Source: Candidatus Multivoradales bacterium
Lineage (GTDB): Bacteria; Acidobacteriota; Thermoanaerobaculia; Multivoradales; JAHEKO01
Reading direction: 5' to 3'
Assembly: GCA_965223855.1 (NCBI GenBank)
Contig: CBDCXM010000009.1
Span: forward strand, 2,752,001-2,816,000
Length of the DNA stretch: 64,000 nucleotides
Position numbers and translations under genes: made by a program. The first letter of the stretch is position 1; every line of letters begins with the position of its first letter. This document shows, in pieces, positions 10,266-20,644 of this stretch. Under the pieces are notes generated by a model that had not been told where the DNA came from, made no database searches, and saw nothing but the letters and a program-made list of their open reading frames with translations.

Positions 10266-10652
10266 GCGAGGGATTTGCGCTGGAACACTTCGCTCTTCCG
10301 AGCGAAGTACTCCAGCCCGGAATCCCGTTGGGGTCACTCCTCGCGCAACGCGGCAGTATTGATGTGCGAGGGATTCGCGCTGGAGTACTTGGCTCTTCCG
10401 AGCGAGGTGCTCCAGCCCGGAATCCCGTTGGGGTCACCCCTCACGCAACGCGGCAGTAGTGATGTGCGAAGGATTCGCGCTGGAACACTTCGCTCTTCCG
10501 AGCGAAGTGCTCCAGCCCAGAATCCCGTAGGGGGCACTCCTCGCGCAACGCGGCAGTAGTGATGTGCGAGGGATTCGCGCTGGAGTACTTCGCTCTTCCG
10601 AGCGAAGTACTCCAGCCCAGAATCCCGTTGGGGCCCCCACTCGCGCAACGCG
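10266..10652. repeat. four tandem 100-bp palindromic (REP/BIME-like) units downstream of tRNA-Glu
   Basis: aatcccg at 10321, 10421, 10521, 10621; each unit has the hairpin gggattc-gctggagtacttcgctc-ttcc-gagcgaagtactccagc-gaatccc with a few substitutions. Confidence 0.95.
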
Positions 10653-10656
10653 CGAG

Positions 10657-10733
10657 TGGTGTCCCCAACGGGATTCGAACCCGTGTTGCCAGCTTGAAAG
10701 GCTGGAGTCCTGACCTGGCTAGACGATGGGGAC
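10657..10733 (-). tRNA. tRNA-Glu (UUC)
   Basis: Reverse complement GTCCCCATCGTCTAGCCAGGTCAGGACTCCAGCCTTTCAAGCTGGCAACACGGGTTCGAATCCCGTTGGGGACACCA: cloverleaf, TTC anticodon, GTTCGAA T-loop, encoded CCA. Confidence 0.97.
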
Positions 10734-10862
10734 ACGCTGCGGAGGACCCGCGTTGCCGGCGAACTGTAGCACGCGCGTGAAGCCGGCTCGACCCCGGCCG
10801 GATACGATGCGATCGACCGTTCCGCAGGCCGCCTGAAGCGGCTGGAGCAGGGGGAGAGACGC

Positions 10863-12218
10863 ATGCTGCGCAAGCCTTGGGAGACGATGCTGCGACTCGC
10901 GCGAGGCGAGTCCAGAGGCCGGTTGGAGGAGTTCGTCGATTCGCTGTCGCCGGCGGATGCAGCATGGGCCCTCGAGCATCTCGACAGCGACGAGCGACGG
11001 GTGGTGCTCGACTCGATGGGTGCCGAGGCGGTCGCGGAGCTGCTGGAGGAGGTTCCGGACGTCCAGTCTTCGGAATTGCTCGAGGGGCTCGAGACGGCCA
11101 AGGCGGCGGCCGTGCTCAATGCCCTGCCGAGCGCGGAGCAGGCGGATCTGATCGCCGAGCTGCCGGCGGCGCAGGCGGAAGCGGTGCTGGCGGCGATGGA
11201 TCCGGAGGACGCCCGCGTTGCGCGGCTCCTCGGCCAGTATCCGGCAGACGTCGCCGGCGGCATCATGGTCACGGAGTACCTCGCCTTCGAAGAGACGGCG
11301 ACGCTCGGCGAAGTGCTCGACGAGCTGCGGCGCGGCGCGGAGGAGTACTCCGACTACGACGTCCAGTACGCGTATGTCACCTCGGCGACCGGGCGGCTGG
11401 TCGGGGTGCTGCGGCTTCGGGACATCGTGCTCGAGCCTCCGGAGCGCCAGGCGACCGAGGTCATGCTCGGTCAGCCCCTGTCGGTCGGTCTCGACGAGCC
11501 TCTCGAAGAGCTGATCCAGTTCTTCCGCGAGCATCGCTTCTTCGGCGTCCCGGTGGTCGATCCCGACGGCCGGCTTGTCGGCATCGTGCAGCGCTCGGAG
11601 ATCGCAGAGGCGGAGACGGCGGCCGAGGTCGACGACCACCTCAAGTCGGCCGGCATCGTCGGCGGCGAGGAGCTTCGAAGCATGCCGACGCTCGTGCGCT
11701 CGCGCCGGCGCCTGTCGTGGCTGAGCGTCAACATCGTTCTCAACATCCTCGCCGCGAGCGTCATCGCGCTCTACCAGGACACGCTCGCCCAGGTGATCGC
11801 GCTGGCCGTCTTCCTGCCGATCATCTCGGACATGAGCGGCTGCTCGGGCAATCAGGCGGTGGCGGTGTCGCTGCGGGAGCTGTCGCTCGGGGTGTTGCGG
11901 CCGTTCGAGGTGCTGCATGCGGCGGCAAAGGAGTCGGTCGTCGGTGTTCTCAACGGCGTCGTGCTCGGAGCGCTGATCGCCCTGGCGGGCCTGCTCTACT
12001 CGGGCAACGTCTACCTCGGTCTGGTCGTCGGCCTGGCGCTCGCGGTCAACACGGTGATCGCGGTCGTCCTCGGGGGCACCGTCCCGCTGGTCCTCAGGGG
12101 GCGGGGGATGGACCCGGCGCTCGCGTCCGGGCCGATCCTGACGACGGTGACCGACATGTGCGGCTTCTTCCTCACGCTCAGTCTCGCTTCGGCAATGCTC
12201 GATCGGCTCGGCGGATGA
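10863..12218 (+). CDS. mgtE: magnesium transporter MgtE
   Basis: MgtE N-domain, CBS pair (AGGIMVTEY), TM domain with PIISDMSGCSGNQA and DPALASGPILTTVTD. Confidence 0.95.
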   Translation: MLRKPWETMLRLARGESRGRLEEFVDSLSPADAAWALEHLDSDERRVVLDSMGAEAVAELLEEVPDVQSSELLEGLETAKAAAVLNALPSAEQADLIAELPAAQAEAVLAAMDPEDARVARLLGQYPADVAGGIMVTEYLAFEETATLGEVLDELRRGAEEYSDYDVQYAYVTSATGRLVGVLRLRDIVLEPPERQATEVMLGQPLSVGLDEPLEELIQFFREHRFFGVPVVDPDGRLVGIVQRSEIAEAETAAEVDDHLKSAGIVGGEELRSMPTLVRSRRRLSWLSVNIVLNILAASVIALYQDTLAQVIALAVFLPIISDMSGCSGNQAVAVSLRELSLGVLRPFEVLHAAAKESVVGVLNGVVLGALIALAGLLYSGNVYLGLVVGLALAVNTVIAVVLGGTVPLVLRGRGMDPALASGPILTTVTDMCGFFLTLSLASAMLDRLGG

Positions 12219-13222
12219 CCGCCGGCGGGAGCAGCAGGCGGCCGGCCCGGGATCCGCTGAAGCTGGTCGGCAACACCCCGGTCGTCGAGTTGCACCGCCT
12301 CGCACCTCGCAACGGAAGCCGGCTGCTGCTGAAGATCGAAGCCGCCAACCCGACGGGCAGCATGAAGGACCGCATGGCGCTGGCGATGATCGAAGCGGCG
12401 CGACAGGACCGGCGGCTCGAGGACGACGGTTCGGTGGTGGAGTACACCGGTGGCAGCACCGGGGTGTCGCTCGCGTTCGTGTGTGCGGTTCGAGGGATCC
12501 CGATCGAGATCGTCTCGTCGGATGCGTTCGCCCGCGACAAGCTGGACCTGGTGCGCTTCTTCGGCGCGAGAGTGGAGATCATCGAGAGCGATCGCGGGCA
12601 GATGACCGGTGAGCTGACCCGGGCCATGATCGAGCGCGCCCGCGAGCTGGCTCGGCGCCCGGGTGTGTTCTGGACCGACCAGCTCCGCAATAGGGACCCG
12701 ATCGCCGCCTACGGAGGGCTCGGCGAAGAGCTGTGGGCGCAATCGGGCGAACGGGTGGACGCCTTCGTCCAGTCCGTCGGGACCGCCGGTTCGATCCGTG
12801 GCGTCGGGGCGGCGCTGCGCTCGAGGAACCCGGCGGTCGAGATCGTGGCAGTGGAGCCGTCGGAGTCGCCGGTGCTCTCAGGGGGTGAGAGCGGCGGTCA
12901 TCGCATCGAGGGGGTGGGGGCAGGCTTCGTCGTGCCCTTGTGGCAGGAGGGCACCGCCGACAGGGTCGAGCTCGTCTCGACCGCCGACGCTGTCGACATG
13001 GCGTTTCGACTGGCGAGGGAGGAGGGGATCGCGGCCGGCACCTCGACCGGAGCCAATCTGGTCGCTTCGTTCCGGGTAGCCGAGCGCCTCGGGCCGAGCG
13101 CGACGGTGGCGACCCTCATGTGCGATTCCGGGATGAAGTATCTTGGGACGGACCTGTTTTCCGATGCGTTGTCGGGCGAGCTCCCGCGGCCGCCCATCAC
13201 TTCCGAGGGAGATGTCGAATGA
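12215..13222 (+). CDS. PLP-dependent cysteine synthase family protein
   Basis: VGNTPVV, KIEAANPTGSMKDR, GTAGS, GTSTGAN; ATG 12215 overlaps the mgtE stop (ATGA). Confidence 0.9.
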   Translation: MTAGGSSRRPARDPLKLVGNTPVVELHRLAPRNGSRLLLKIEAANPTGSMKDRMALAMIEAARQDRRLEDDGSVVEYTGGSTGVSLAFVCAVRGIPIEIVSSDAFARDKLDLVRFFGARVEIIESDRGQMTGELTRAMIERARELARRPGVFWTDQLRNRDPIAAYGGLGEELWAQSGERVDAFVQSVGTAGSIRGVGAALRSRNPAVEIVAVEPSESPVLSGGESGGHRIEGVGAGFVVPLWQEGTADRVELVSTADAVDMAFRLAREEGIAAGTSTGANLVASFRVAERLGPSATVATLMCDSGMKYLGTDLFSDALSGELPRPPITSEGDVE

Positions 13223-14031
13223 AGGAACTGTTCCCCGAACCGCTTCAGCCCTACTCCGGGCTGATCGTCGGCGCCGCTACCGCCCTGGCGATCTTCGTCC
13301 TCGGGTGGATCGCCTCGAAGTGGGTCCACGCGATCTGTCTGCGCCTGGCGCGCAAGAGCCAGCTCGACGAAGCGCTGGCTCGCTTTCTCGCCTCGTTGGC
13401 GCAGTACGCCGTACTCGCTTTCGCCGTCATTGCCGCGCTGAACAAGGTCGGCGTCGCCACCACCAGCCTCGTCGCGTTGATCGGCGCCGCGGGACTCGCG
13501 ATCGGCCTCGCCCTGCAGGGGAATCTCGGGCATTTCGCTTCGGGAGTGATGCTCCTGCTGTTCCGGCCGTTCACGCTCGCCGACCGGGTGAAGATCTCCG
13601 GGCAGGACGGCAAGGTGACCAACATCGGCCTCTTCGCGAGCACCCTGCTGACACCCGGCAATGCCGAGATCATCGTGCCGAACGGGAAGATCACGTCGGA
13701 CGTCATCGTCAACTACACCTCACAGCGGACGCTGCGGGGAGGCATCGCCGTGGGCGTCGCCTACGGCACCGATCTGGCCCGGGCGATCGAGGTGATGCTC
13801 ACCGCCTGCCGGTCGATTCCCGCGGTGCTGGAGGAGCCCGAGCCGACCGTCTACTTCAAGGGGTTCGGTGCCTCATCCATCGACTTCGAGGTGCGGCCGT
13901 GGGCGACGACCGACGACTACCTGCCGATGCTGCACGACGTGTCGCTCGCGCTCAACGACGCGCTCGAGCAAGCCGGTATCGAGATTCCGTTCCAGCAGGT
14001 CGTTGTTCATCGGGCGGAGCCGGGCGATTGA
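13219..14031 (+). CDS. small-conductance mechanosensitive channel, MscS family
   Basis: GAAGLAIGLALQGNLGHFASG, RPF, IVPN, GIEIPF; ATGA coupling at 13219. Confidence 0.92.
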   Translation: MKELFPEPLQPYSGLIVGAATALAIFVLGWIASKWVHAICLRLARKSQLDEALARFLASLAQYAVLAFAVIAALNKVGVATTSLVALIGAAGLAIGLALQGNLGHFASGVMLLLFRPFTLADRVKISGQDGKVTNIGLFASTLLTPGNAEIIVPNGKITSDVIVNYTSQRTLRGGIAVGVAYGTDLARAIEVMLTACRSIPAVLEEPEPTVYFKGFGASSIDFEVRPWATTDDYLPMLHDVSLALNDALEQAGIEIPFQQVVVHRAEPGD

Positions 14032-14065
14032 GGGGCCAGGTGGCTCGGTGCGGGGCGCCTGGGGA

Positions 14066-14884
14066 TCACTGCTCCTGGGGGCCCGCGGCCCGGCGCGGCG
14101 GGCGTGGGAAGAAGGCGCTGGTACGACGCACGTACTCGGCGTAGCGGGGTCGCGTCTCACGGATTCCCTTCTCGAGTAGCGCCACGCCGGAGACCTTGAG
14201 CAACAGGAAGGTCATCGCTGCCGGCCCGATGAGCGCCCAGGCGCCGAGCGGAGTGGCGAGAGCGAAGCAGCCGAGCCCCCACCAGACGACCGCGTCGCCG
14301 AAGTAGTTCGGATGCCGGGTGTAGCGCCACAGCCCGGTATCGAGCACCTTGCCGCGGTTGGCCGGGTCGGCCTTGAAGCGGGTGAGCTGGAGGTCCCCGA
14401 CCGTTTCGAAGAAGAGACCGACCGCGAAGAGAGCCAGACCGACGAGGTCGAGCCAGCCGAGGGCTCCCACCGCCGCCTGCACTTGCAGGAGCGGTGCGCC
14501 GACGATCCACAGGAGTGCGCCCTGGAGCCAGAAGACGATCGGCAGAGAGAGCAGGGGAAAACTTCCGCCGTACTTTCGTCGCATCGCCTGGTAGCGAGGA
14601 TCCTCGTCGCCACCGCGGTTGCGCAGGTAGATGTGGGCGGCCAGTCGGAGCGCCCAGACCGTGACGAGGATCGGGACGAGAGTCTGCCGAAGAGTGGTGA
14701 CCTCGGCTCCGGCGCGGTAGACCCAGGCGATCAGAGCGAATCCCGGCCCCCAGAAGATGTCGATGATGGACGCGTCCCTGAGCGGCAGGCTCATGATCCA
14801 GACGGCCGTAGTCAGGGCGAGCGCCGCCCAGAGTCCGGTCAGTCCGAGATCGAGGATTCCCGCCGGCGGTCCGAGCCAGCTCAC
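14066..14884 (-). CDS. DUF1295 family membrane protein (steroid 5-alpha-reductase-like)
   Basis: SIIDIFWG, EDPRY, GDLQL..FK, GLWRYTRHPNYFGD; GTG 14884 overlaps the upstream stop. Confidence 0.9.
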   Translation of the reverse strand: MSWLGPPAGILDLGLTGLWAALALTTAVWIMSLPLRDASIIDIFWGPGFALIAWVYRAGAEVTTLRQTLVPILVTVWALRLAAHIYLRNRGGDEDPRYQAMRRKYGGSFPLLSLPIVFWLQGALLWIVGAPLLQVQAAVGALGWLDLVGLALFAVGLFFETVGDLQLTRFKADPANRGKVLDTGLWRYTRHPNYFGDAVVWWGLGCFALATPLGAWALIGPAAMTFLLLKVSGVALLEKGIRETRPRYAEYVRRTSAFFPRPPRRAAGPQEQ

Positions 14885-15264
14885 GACGCGTCCCCTCGGG
14901 CTGCGCCGGCAGCCTGCCCCGACAGTCGTGCATGCTCCGGTCGCAGGAGGATCTCCGGTGCGCCCGCCTTCGGCCCGAGTCCCCGGGTCGCCAGCAGCAG
15001 ATAGGCGGCGATGGCGAAGTTGCCCAGGGTGAGCAGGAGGACGAGCCACAGCCCCCTTCGGGTCGCGCTCGTTTCCCGATAGAAGATCCAGAGGTAGACC
15101 GAGAGGAAGCCGAAGTAGGCGTCCGCCAGCGTCGCCCGGAACCAGGGCGCCTGCCACAGCTCGGAGGCCGCGGAGAAGACCCCGCGATCGAGTGAGGCGA
15201 CGACCGTCACCCAGGTCATGACAGCGAGAACGGCGAGCGCAAAGGCGCGAACGGCGAGGATCAT
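14881..15264 (-). CDS. DUF1475 family small membrane protein
   Basis: PWFRATLADAYFGF...WIFYRE...LLLTLGN. Confidence 0.8.
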   Translation of the reverse strand: MILAVRAFALAVLAVMTWVTVVASLDRGVFSAASELWQAPWFRATLADAYFGFLSVYLWIFYRETSATRRGLWLVLLLTLGNFAIAAYLLLATRGLGPKAGAPEILLRPEHARLSGQAAGAARGDAS

Positions 15265-16328
15265 CAGGACTCTCCCGTGGGTTCGTTGGTCGATCGGCGG
15301 CCGCCCGGGCTCGAGTGGGCATGGGACCAGAGGGTGTGGGAGACGAACCACTCGCTGCCGCCGCGGAACCCGAAGAGCCCGGCGCAGGCGAGGAAGAACA
15401 GTCGCCAGCGGTGAAACCAGACCCCCGACGCCTCGCCGTAGGTGTCGCGAAAGCTTTCGAGCACAAGCTCCCTGTTTTCATCGAGCCGCTTGAGCCAGGC
15501 GAGCGCCGTCCGTTCGTAGTGCCGACCGCCGACGCGCCATCGCCGCTCGAGCGAGAGCGGGCCCGAGACGCTCTCGAAGTAGTGCGCCGAGGGCATCATC
15601 CCGCCGGTGAAGAAATGGCGCGCCATCCAGTCCGACTCGCCCTCCGGTTCGAAGAGATACGGGTAGCGGCGATGGCAGAAGACGTGGACGAACACCCTGC
15701 CTTCAGGGGCGAGCCAGTCGGCGAGGCGCCGGAACAGTGCGGCGTGGTTGCGGACGTGCTCGAACATCTCGATCGACAGGATGCGGTCGTAGGACCGGTC
15801 GGCGGTGAAGTCGTTGATGTCCGCGGTCCGGCAGGTGAGCTTGGTGAGACCGCGTTGAGCGGCCCGTTCGTCGACGAAGGCGCGCTGCGGTGCCGAGTTG
15901 GAGATCGCCGTCACCTCGCACGAGGGGTAGCGCTCGGCGATCCACAGCGAGAGCGACCCCCAGCCGCAGCCGAGATCGAGCACGCTCTGCCCGTCTTCGA
16001 GCCCGGCGCGGCGGCAGACGAGGTCGAGGGCGTCGGCCTCCGCGGTGTCGAGATCGGTCGCCTCCGACCAGTCGCAGCCGCTGTACTTGAGGTGCCTGCC
16101 CAGCACCGCCTCGAAGAAGGCGGGAGGCAGCTCATAGTGCTGCTCGTTGGCGTCGTCCGTTGCCACGGCGATCGGTCCACCGGTGACACGACCGGCGAAC
16201 GCTTCGTCGGACTCGGCGGACCGCTCGATCTCGCGCAGGCGCCCTTCGAGAAGCCTCCGGATTCCGAACCGAACGATCGATTCGGGGACGAGCCCCTTCT
16301 CGGCGAGACGGAGTCCGAGTCCGAGCAT
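15264..16328 (-). CDS. cfa-like class I SAM-dependent methyltransferase
   Basis: ANEQHYELP, LKYSGC, LDLGCGWGSL, SIEMFEH, WMARHFFTGG. Confidence 0.9.
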   Translation of the reverse strand: MLGLGLRLAEKGLVPESIVRFGIRRLLEGRLREIERSAESDEAFAGRVTGGPIAVATDDANEQHYELPPAFFEAVLGRHLKYSGCDWSEATDLDTAEADALDLVCRRAGLEDGQSVLDLGCGWGSLSLWIAERYPSCEVTAISNSAPQRAFVDERAAQRGLTKLTCRTADINDFTADRSYDRILSIEMFEHVRNHAALFRRLADWLAPEGRVFVHVFCHRRYPYLFEPEGESDWMARHFFTGGMMPSAHYFESVSGPLSLERRWRVGGRHYERTALAWLKRLDENRELVLESFRDTYGEASGVWFHRWRLFFLACAGLFGFRGGSEWFVSHTLWSHAHSSPGGRRSTNEPTGES

Positions 16329-17593
16329 CAGCCGGCTGCCCCGGTTGCCGGAGACTCCGCTTCGAGCAGCAACTGGACGTCGCCGATGGTGCGCTCCAGG
16401 AAGCCGCCGGCGCAGTAGTCGAAGTAGTAGCGCCACTTGCGGCGCTCGAAAGCATCGAGTCCGAGGGTCGCGATCTCGGACTCACGATCGAGGAAGCGGT
16501 CGCGCCACGCGTGGAGGGTCGTCGCATAGTGCCGGCTGATGTCGTGGAGGTGGAGGAGCGTGAGCGCCCCGGTCCGGGCGATGCAGTCCCGCATCCGCCG
16601 CACCGACGGAAGGAGGGCCCCCGGGAAGATCGCGTGCTGAATGAAATCGACCTCGCGGCGGTAGAGCTCGTAGCGGTCATCCGGGATCGTGATCGCCTGG
16701 ATCAGGGCCCGGCCGCCGGGGGCGAGGAGCCGCGCGATCGTTTCGAAGTAGGCGGGCAGATAGCGATGGCCGACTGCCTCGATCATCTCGATCGAGACGA
16801 GCTTGTCGAACGGCCCGAGTGCGGCCTCCGGAAGATCGCGGTAGTCGAGCTGGACGACGTCGACCCAATCGTCGAGTCCCTCCCGGCGGACCATCGCGCG
16901 GCTGTACTCGAGCTGGCGATTCGAGATCGTCGTCGTCGTGACCCGGCAGCCGTAGTGCCTGGCCGCGTGCACCGCAAGGGCGCCCCAACCGGTGCCGATC
17001 TCGACGAGGCGGTCGCCGGAAGCGAGCTCGAGCCGGCGGCAGATCGTGTCGAGCTTGTGCCGCTGCGCCTCCTCGAGAGTCGAGTGCTCTTCCGGGAAGA
17101 TGGCGCACGAGTAGGTCAGCGTCGGATCGAGGAAGGTCGAGAAGAACTCGTTGCCGGTGTCGTAGTGTGCCGCGATGTTGCGGCGACTTCCGGAGCGGGA
17201 GTTGTTGCGGAGCCGGTGGAGGCCACGACGCAGCGGCTTGACGAGACGGCCGAACCGGCCGTCGATGCGATCGAGCGCAGTGAGGTTGCGCGCGAAGACG
17301 CGAGCCAGCGCGGTGAGGTCGGGGGAAGACCACAGTCCCTCGCAGAACGCCTCTCCGGCGCCGATCGAGCCGCCCCAGGCGGCACGCTCCCAGAAGCGAG
17401 GATCGTGAACCTCCAGCACGGCTTCGAGAGGCTCGACCGGATCCGCGGCTCCGAAAACGAGGACGGCGTCGCCCTCCCGAACTTCGAGCACGCCCCTCTC
17501 GAGGCGCTCCAGCTGTGCGAGAACCAGGCTTCTGGCGCGGTGCGCCCAGAAGCCTCCTGCGCGGAGTCCGCTCGTCGTCACTTCGGCTCCCAT
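16328..17593 (-). CDS. cfa: cyclopropane-fatty-acyl-phospholipid synthase / fatty-acid methylase (UfaM-like)
   Basis: NIAAHYDTGNEFF, TYSCAIF, EIGTGWG, SIEMIEAVG, IFPG. Confidence 0.9.
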   Translation of the reverse strand: MGAEVTTSGLRAGGFWAHRARSLVLAQLERLERGVLEVREGDAVLVFGAADPVEPLEAVLEVHDPRFWERAAWGGSIGAGEAFCEGLWSSPDLTALARVFARNLTALDRIDGRFGRLVKPLRRGLHRLRNNSRSGSRRNIAAHYDTGNEFFSTFLDPTLTYSCAIFPEEHSTLEEAQRHKLDTICRRLELASGDRLVEIGTGWGALAVHAARHYGCRVTTTTISNRQLEYSRAMVRREGLDDWVDVVQLDYRDLPEAALGPFDKLVSIEMIEAVGHRYLPAYFETIARLLAPGGRALIQAITIPDDRYELYRREVDFIQHAIFPGALLPSVRRMRDCIARTGALTLLHLHDISRHYATTLHAWRDRFLDRESEIATLGLDAFERRKWRYYFDYCAGGFLERTIGDVQLLLEAESPATGAAG

Positions 17594-17599
17594 CTCCCG

Positions 17600-18364
17600 C
17601 TATCCCGCCTCGCGATGCCGCGGATGCGGATGGAAGGGGACTCGCTTGAGCCACAGGCGAAGCGCCTGCCAGTGGATTCGAGCGACGATGGCGAGCGTCA
17701 TCAGAGGAAAGCGAGCGAGTGCCAGCGCCAGGCTGCGGCCGTCGATCGAGCGCCGCTCGAGTCTGAGAGTGGCGTCGAAGAACGGCTCGCCGTCGCGGGT
17801 GCAGTCGATATGGACGGCGAGCGTCTTCGACGGCTGGCTCGTTCGCCAGGTGTAGCTCGAGTCCATTCCCATGAACGGCGAGACGTGAAACTGCTTGCCG
17901 CTCCTGTAGACATGGGCGCCCTTGGACGCCTCCGTGGACCCGAACACGTAGCAGTACTGCTCGCCCCATGGGGTGTTGTTGACCTCGGCGACGAACGCCT
18001 GAAGTGCCCCTCCCGCAGGGTCGAGGCAGTAGTAGAAGCTCACCGGATTGAAGCCGTGGCCGAAGTAGCGCAGGTGGGTCAGCAGCCGGATCGGCCCGTT
18101 CGGACGGAAGCCGCATCGCTCCTCGACCAGATCCCGGACGGCTTCGCCGAGCGGCCGGTCGGGGTCTCCGAGGTGGGCCGAGCGGTCGAACCAGGCGACG
18201 TTGCGGCGACCGATCGACCACAGCCAGCGACCGTCGAAGACCCGGTCGAGTTCGTCGAGGTCGAGGCACATCATGAAGAGGCGGTAGCGGAAGGAGTGCG
18301 GGGTCGGGAGTCGTCGCCGGTGCCGCACCTTGCCGACGTAGAGCGCGCTCGAGAGAGTCGTCAC
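17600..18364 (-). CDS. DUF1365 family protein (UfaO-like)
   Basis: [50 protein letters not shown]. Confidence 0.9.
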   Translation of the reverse strand: MTTLSSALYVGKVRHRRRLPTPHSFRYRLFMMCLDLDELDRVFDGRWLWSIGRRNVAWFDRSAHLGDPDRPLGEAVRDLVEERCGFRPNGPIRLLTHLRYFGHGFNPVSFYYCLDPAGGALQAFVAEVNNTPWGEQYCYVFGSTEASKGAHVYRSGKQFHVSPFMGMDSSYTWRTSQPSKTLAVHIDCTRDGEPFFDATLRLERRSIDGRSLALALARFPLMTLAIVARIHWQALRLWLKRVPFHPHPRHREAG

Positions 18365-19599
18365 AGCGTCGCTCCGAACCGCTCGCAGACCCGCAGCGCG
18401 CTGACGACCCCATCCTCGTGGAACCCGTTCGCCCAGTAGGCGCCGCAGTAGTGGATGCGGTCGACGCCGCTGATCTCGGCGTGCCTGGCCTGCGCGGCAA
18501 CTCCGCCCTCGGTGAATAACGGGTGCTCGAAGTCGAACGACGCCAGCTTCGAGGCGTCCTCGATCTCCTCTTCGAGGTTGAGCGAAACGCAGAAACGGGT
18601 TCGGGTGGGAAGGCGCTGCAGACGGGTCATGTCGTAGGTGACGGCCACCGGTCTTCCACGCTCGCGCGGTACCCGGTAGTTCCAACTCGCCCGGGCTCGC
18701 GGGGCCCTGGCCAGGACTGATTCCTGAGTGTGCAGGATGGCACGGTTGGGCTGGTAGGGCAGAGCGGCGAGGATCTCGCGCTCGGCGTCGGTGGGTCGGG
18801 TGAGCATCCGCAGGGCCTGATCGCTGTGGGTGGCGACGATCACGTGGTCGAAGACTTCCGTGCCGGCTGAGGAGACCAGTTGTACCCCTTCCTCGCGCCT
18901 GTCGATCGACCGCACGCCACAGGAGGTTCGGATGCGGTTCGCGAACGGTTGCGTCAAGCGCTCGACGTAGCGCCCCGATCCGCCGGTGACCACTCTCCAG
19001 TCGAGATGACCGGTCGCACCGAGCAGGCGATGATGGTCGAGGAAGCCGAGGATGAATGAGGCCGGAGCTCGCCGCGCCCGGCCCGGGTCGGTCGACCAGA
19101 TCGCCGCAGTCATCGGCAGGACGTGACGGTCGATCACGGCGGCGGAGAAACGGTGCCGGGCGAGGAACTCGCCCAGAGTGCCGCTGACACCGCGATCGAC
19201 CGCGCGTCGCGCCACCCGATGAAAGCGGAGGATCTCCAGCGCGAAGGCGTGGTACGAAGGCTGGACGATTCTCTTCGATTGGGCGAAGAGGGTGGCCAGG
19301 TTGGTCCCCGCGTACTCGATGCCGGTGCGGTCGCAACGAACACCGAAACTCATCTCGCTCGCCTGGGTGGCGACCCCGAGCCGGTCGAGGAGACGGGTGA
19401 AGTTGGGGTAGTTCGGCTCGTTGTAGACGATGAAGCCGGCATCGACCGCGTGTCTCTCCCCGTCCCCGCTCACTTCGGTGGTGCAGGTGTGGCCGCCGAC
19501 GCGGTCTACCTTCTCGAACACCGTGACGTCGTGCTCGGTCGAGAGCAGATACGCCGCGGTCAGCCCGGAGATCCCGCTGCCTACGATGGCGAGCTTCAA
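18361..19599 (-). CDS. FAD-dependent oxidoreductase, amine-oxidase family (UfaD-like)
   Basis: [41 protein letters not shown]. Confidence 0.9.
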   Translation of the reverse strand: MKLAIVGSGISGLTAAYLLSTEHDVTVFEKVDRVGGHTCTTEVSGDGERHAVDAGFIVYNEPNYPNFTRLLDRLGVATQASEMSFGVRCDRTGIEYAGTNLATLFAQSKRIVQPSYHAFALEILRFHRVARRAVDRGVSGTLGEFLARHRFSAAVIDRHVLPMTAAIWSTDPGRARRAPASFILGFLDHHRLLGATGHLDWRVVTGGSGRYVERLTQPFANRIRTSCGVRSIDRREEGVQLVSSAGTEVFDHVIVATHSDQALRMLTRPTDAEREILAALPYQPNRAILHTQESVLARAPRARASWNYRVPRERGRPVAVTYDMTRLQRLPTRTRFCVSLNLEEEIEDASKLASFDFEHPLFTEGGVAAQARHAEISGVDRIHYCGAYWANGFHEDGVVSALRVCERFGATL

Positions 19600-19625
19600 A
19601 GTTCCCTCGAGGGAGAATCCGTGCG

Positions 19626-20432
19626 TCAGCTCGAAGAGCCGGTGCTGCCCACAGAGCCCTCGCCCTTAGCCCGGGTGGCCGGCGCGAGGCGGGTCCGGGG
19701 TCGGGTCTTCACGCGCGCCAGACCGCCGTCGACCCCCCACACCTGGCCCGTTACCCATGCGGCCTGGTCGCCGAGGAGCCAGGCAACGAGATCGGAGGTG
19801 GCGGTGTGGTTGCCGACTTCTCCCAGGGGGTGGAGAGCGATCGACGCCTCCCTCGAGGCGTCCGAGGCGAGGAGCTTCTCGGTCATCGCAGACTCCACCA
19901 TTCCCGGAGCGATGGCGTTGATCCGGACTCCCTGGCCGGCATAGGTCGCGGCGGCCGCGCGAGTGAGCCCGGCGACTCCCGCCTTGGCGGCGGCGATCGC
20001 CTCATGGTTGGTGAGGCCGATCTCTGCGGCCGCGGAGGCGACGAGCACGATCGAGCCGCCGTCGCGCCTCAGGAGCGGGGCCGCCGCGCGCACCGTGGCG
20101 AACGCCGAGGTGAGATTAGCGGCGATCGTCTCGTCGTACTCACGACGGCTGGTGAGGTGGGCCGGCTTCAGCAGCAGAGAGCCGGCACAGTTGACGACGC
20201 CTCCGAGATCGAGCGTCTCGGCGGCAGAGGTCAGGAAGCGCGAAACCTGATCGAAATCGGAGGCGTCGACGGGGAGGGCGGTCGCTCGGTCGAAACTTTC
20301 GCAGCGAGCGGGATCGCGGGCTCCGAGAACCAGTGGAGTGCCTGTCGCGGAGAGTCGGCGGGCGAGCGCCGTACCGAGGCCGCCACTCGCACCGAGAATG
20401 GCGACGCCGCGCTGATGTGTGTTCGGTGTCAT
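19626..20432 (-). CDS. short-chain dehydrogenase/reductase
   Basis: GASGGLG, VNCAGS, EAIAAAK (atypical, lacks the catalytic Tyr), [18 protein letters not shown]. Confidence 0.88.
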   Translation of the reverse strand: MTPNTHQRGVAILGASGGLGTALARRLSATGTPLVLGARDPARCESFDRATALPVDASDFDQVSRFLTSAAETLDLGGVVNCAGSLLLKPAHLTSRREYDETIAANLTSAFATVRAAAPLLRRDGGSIVLVASAAAEIGLTNHEAIAAAKAGVAGLTRAAAATYAGQGVRINAIAPGMVESAMTEKLLASDASREASIALHPLGEVGNHTATSDLVAWLLGDQAAWVTGQVWGVDGGLARVKTRPRTRLAPATRAKGEGSVGSTGSSS

Positions 20433-20532
20433 CGAGAGAAAACAGTCAAAACGATCACGCAGAGTGAACCAAGAGGAACCGGCTCCTGTCAAGTGGGACG
20501 CTTTGACGAGCCTGCTTGTTGGCTCGTTCAGC

Positions 20533-20561
20533 TTGACCCGATTGGGCACGGTCCGTAGTCT
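20533..20561 (+). promoter_or_regulatory. candidate sigma70 promoter of the regulator gene
   Basis: TTGACC-N17-TAGTCT upstream of ATG 20645. Confidence 0.55.
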
Positions 20562-20644
20562 GTAACTCGTTCAAGTCGGTCAGGCTCGGAGGGAGCCTCC
20601 AGGGAATCCAATCCCGAGACCGCATCCTCGCGGAGCACATTTCG

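Noticed and set aside
10266-10652. Possible CRISPR array
   Set aside because: Units are near-identical over the full 100 bp with no unique spacers, and no cas genes are present
10320-10680. attL/attR of an element integrated at tRNA-Glu
   Set aside because: The tRNA 3' copies are inverted rather than direct, and no integrase is nearby
10877-12214. Long N-terminal extension on the cysteine synthase (781-aa ORF)
   Set aside because: Overlaps mgtE in another frame with Arg/Gly-rich non-protein-like sequence; the true start is 12215. The same applies to the extensions of ORFs 12940, 14066, 17600, 22038, 26410 and 40631
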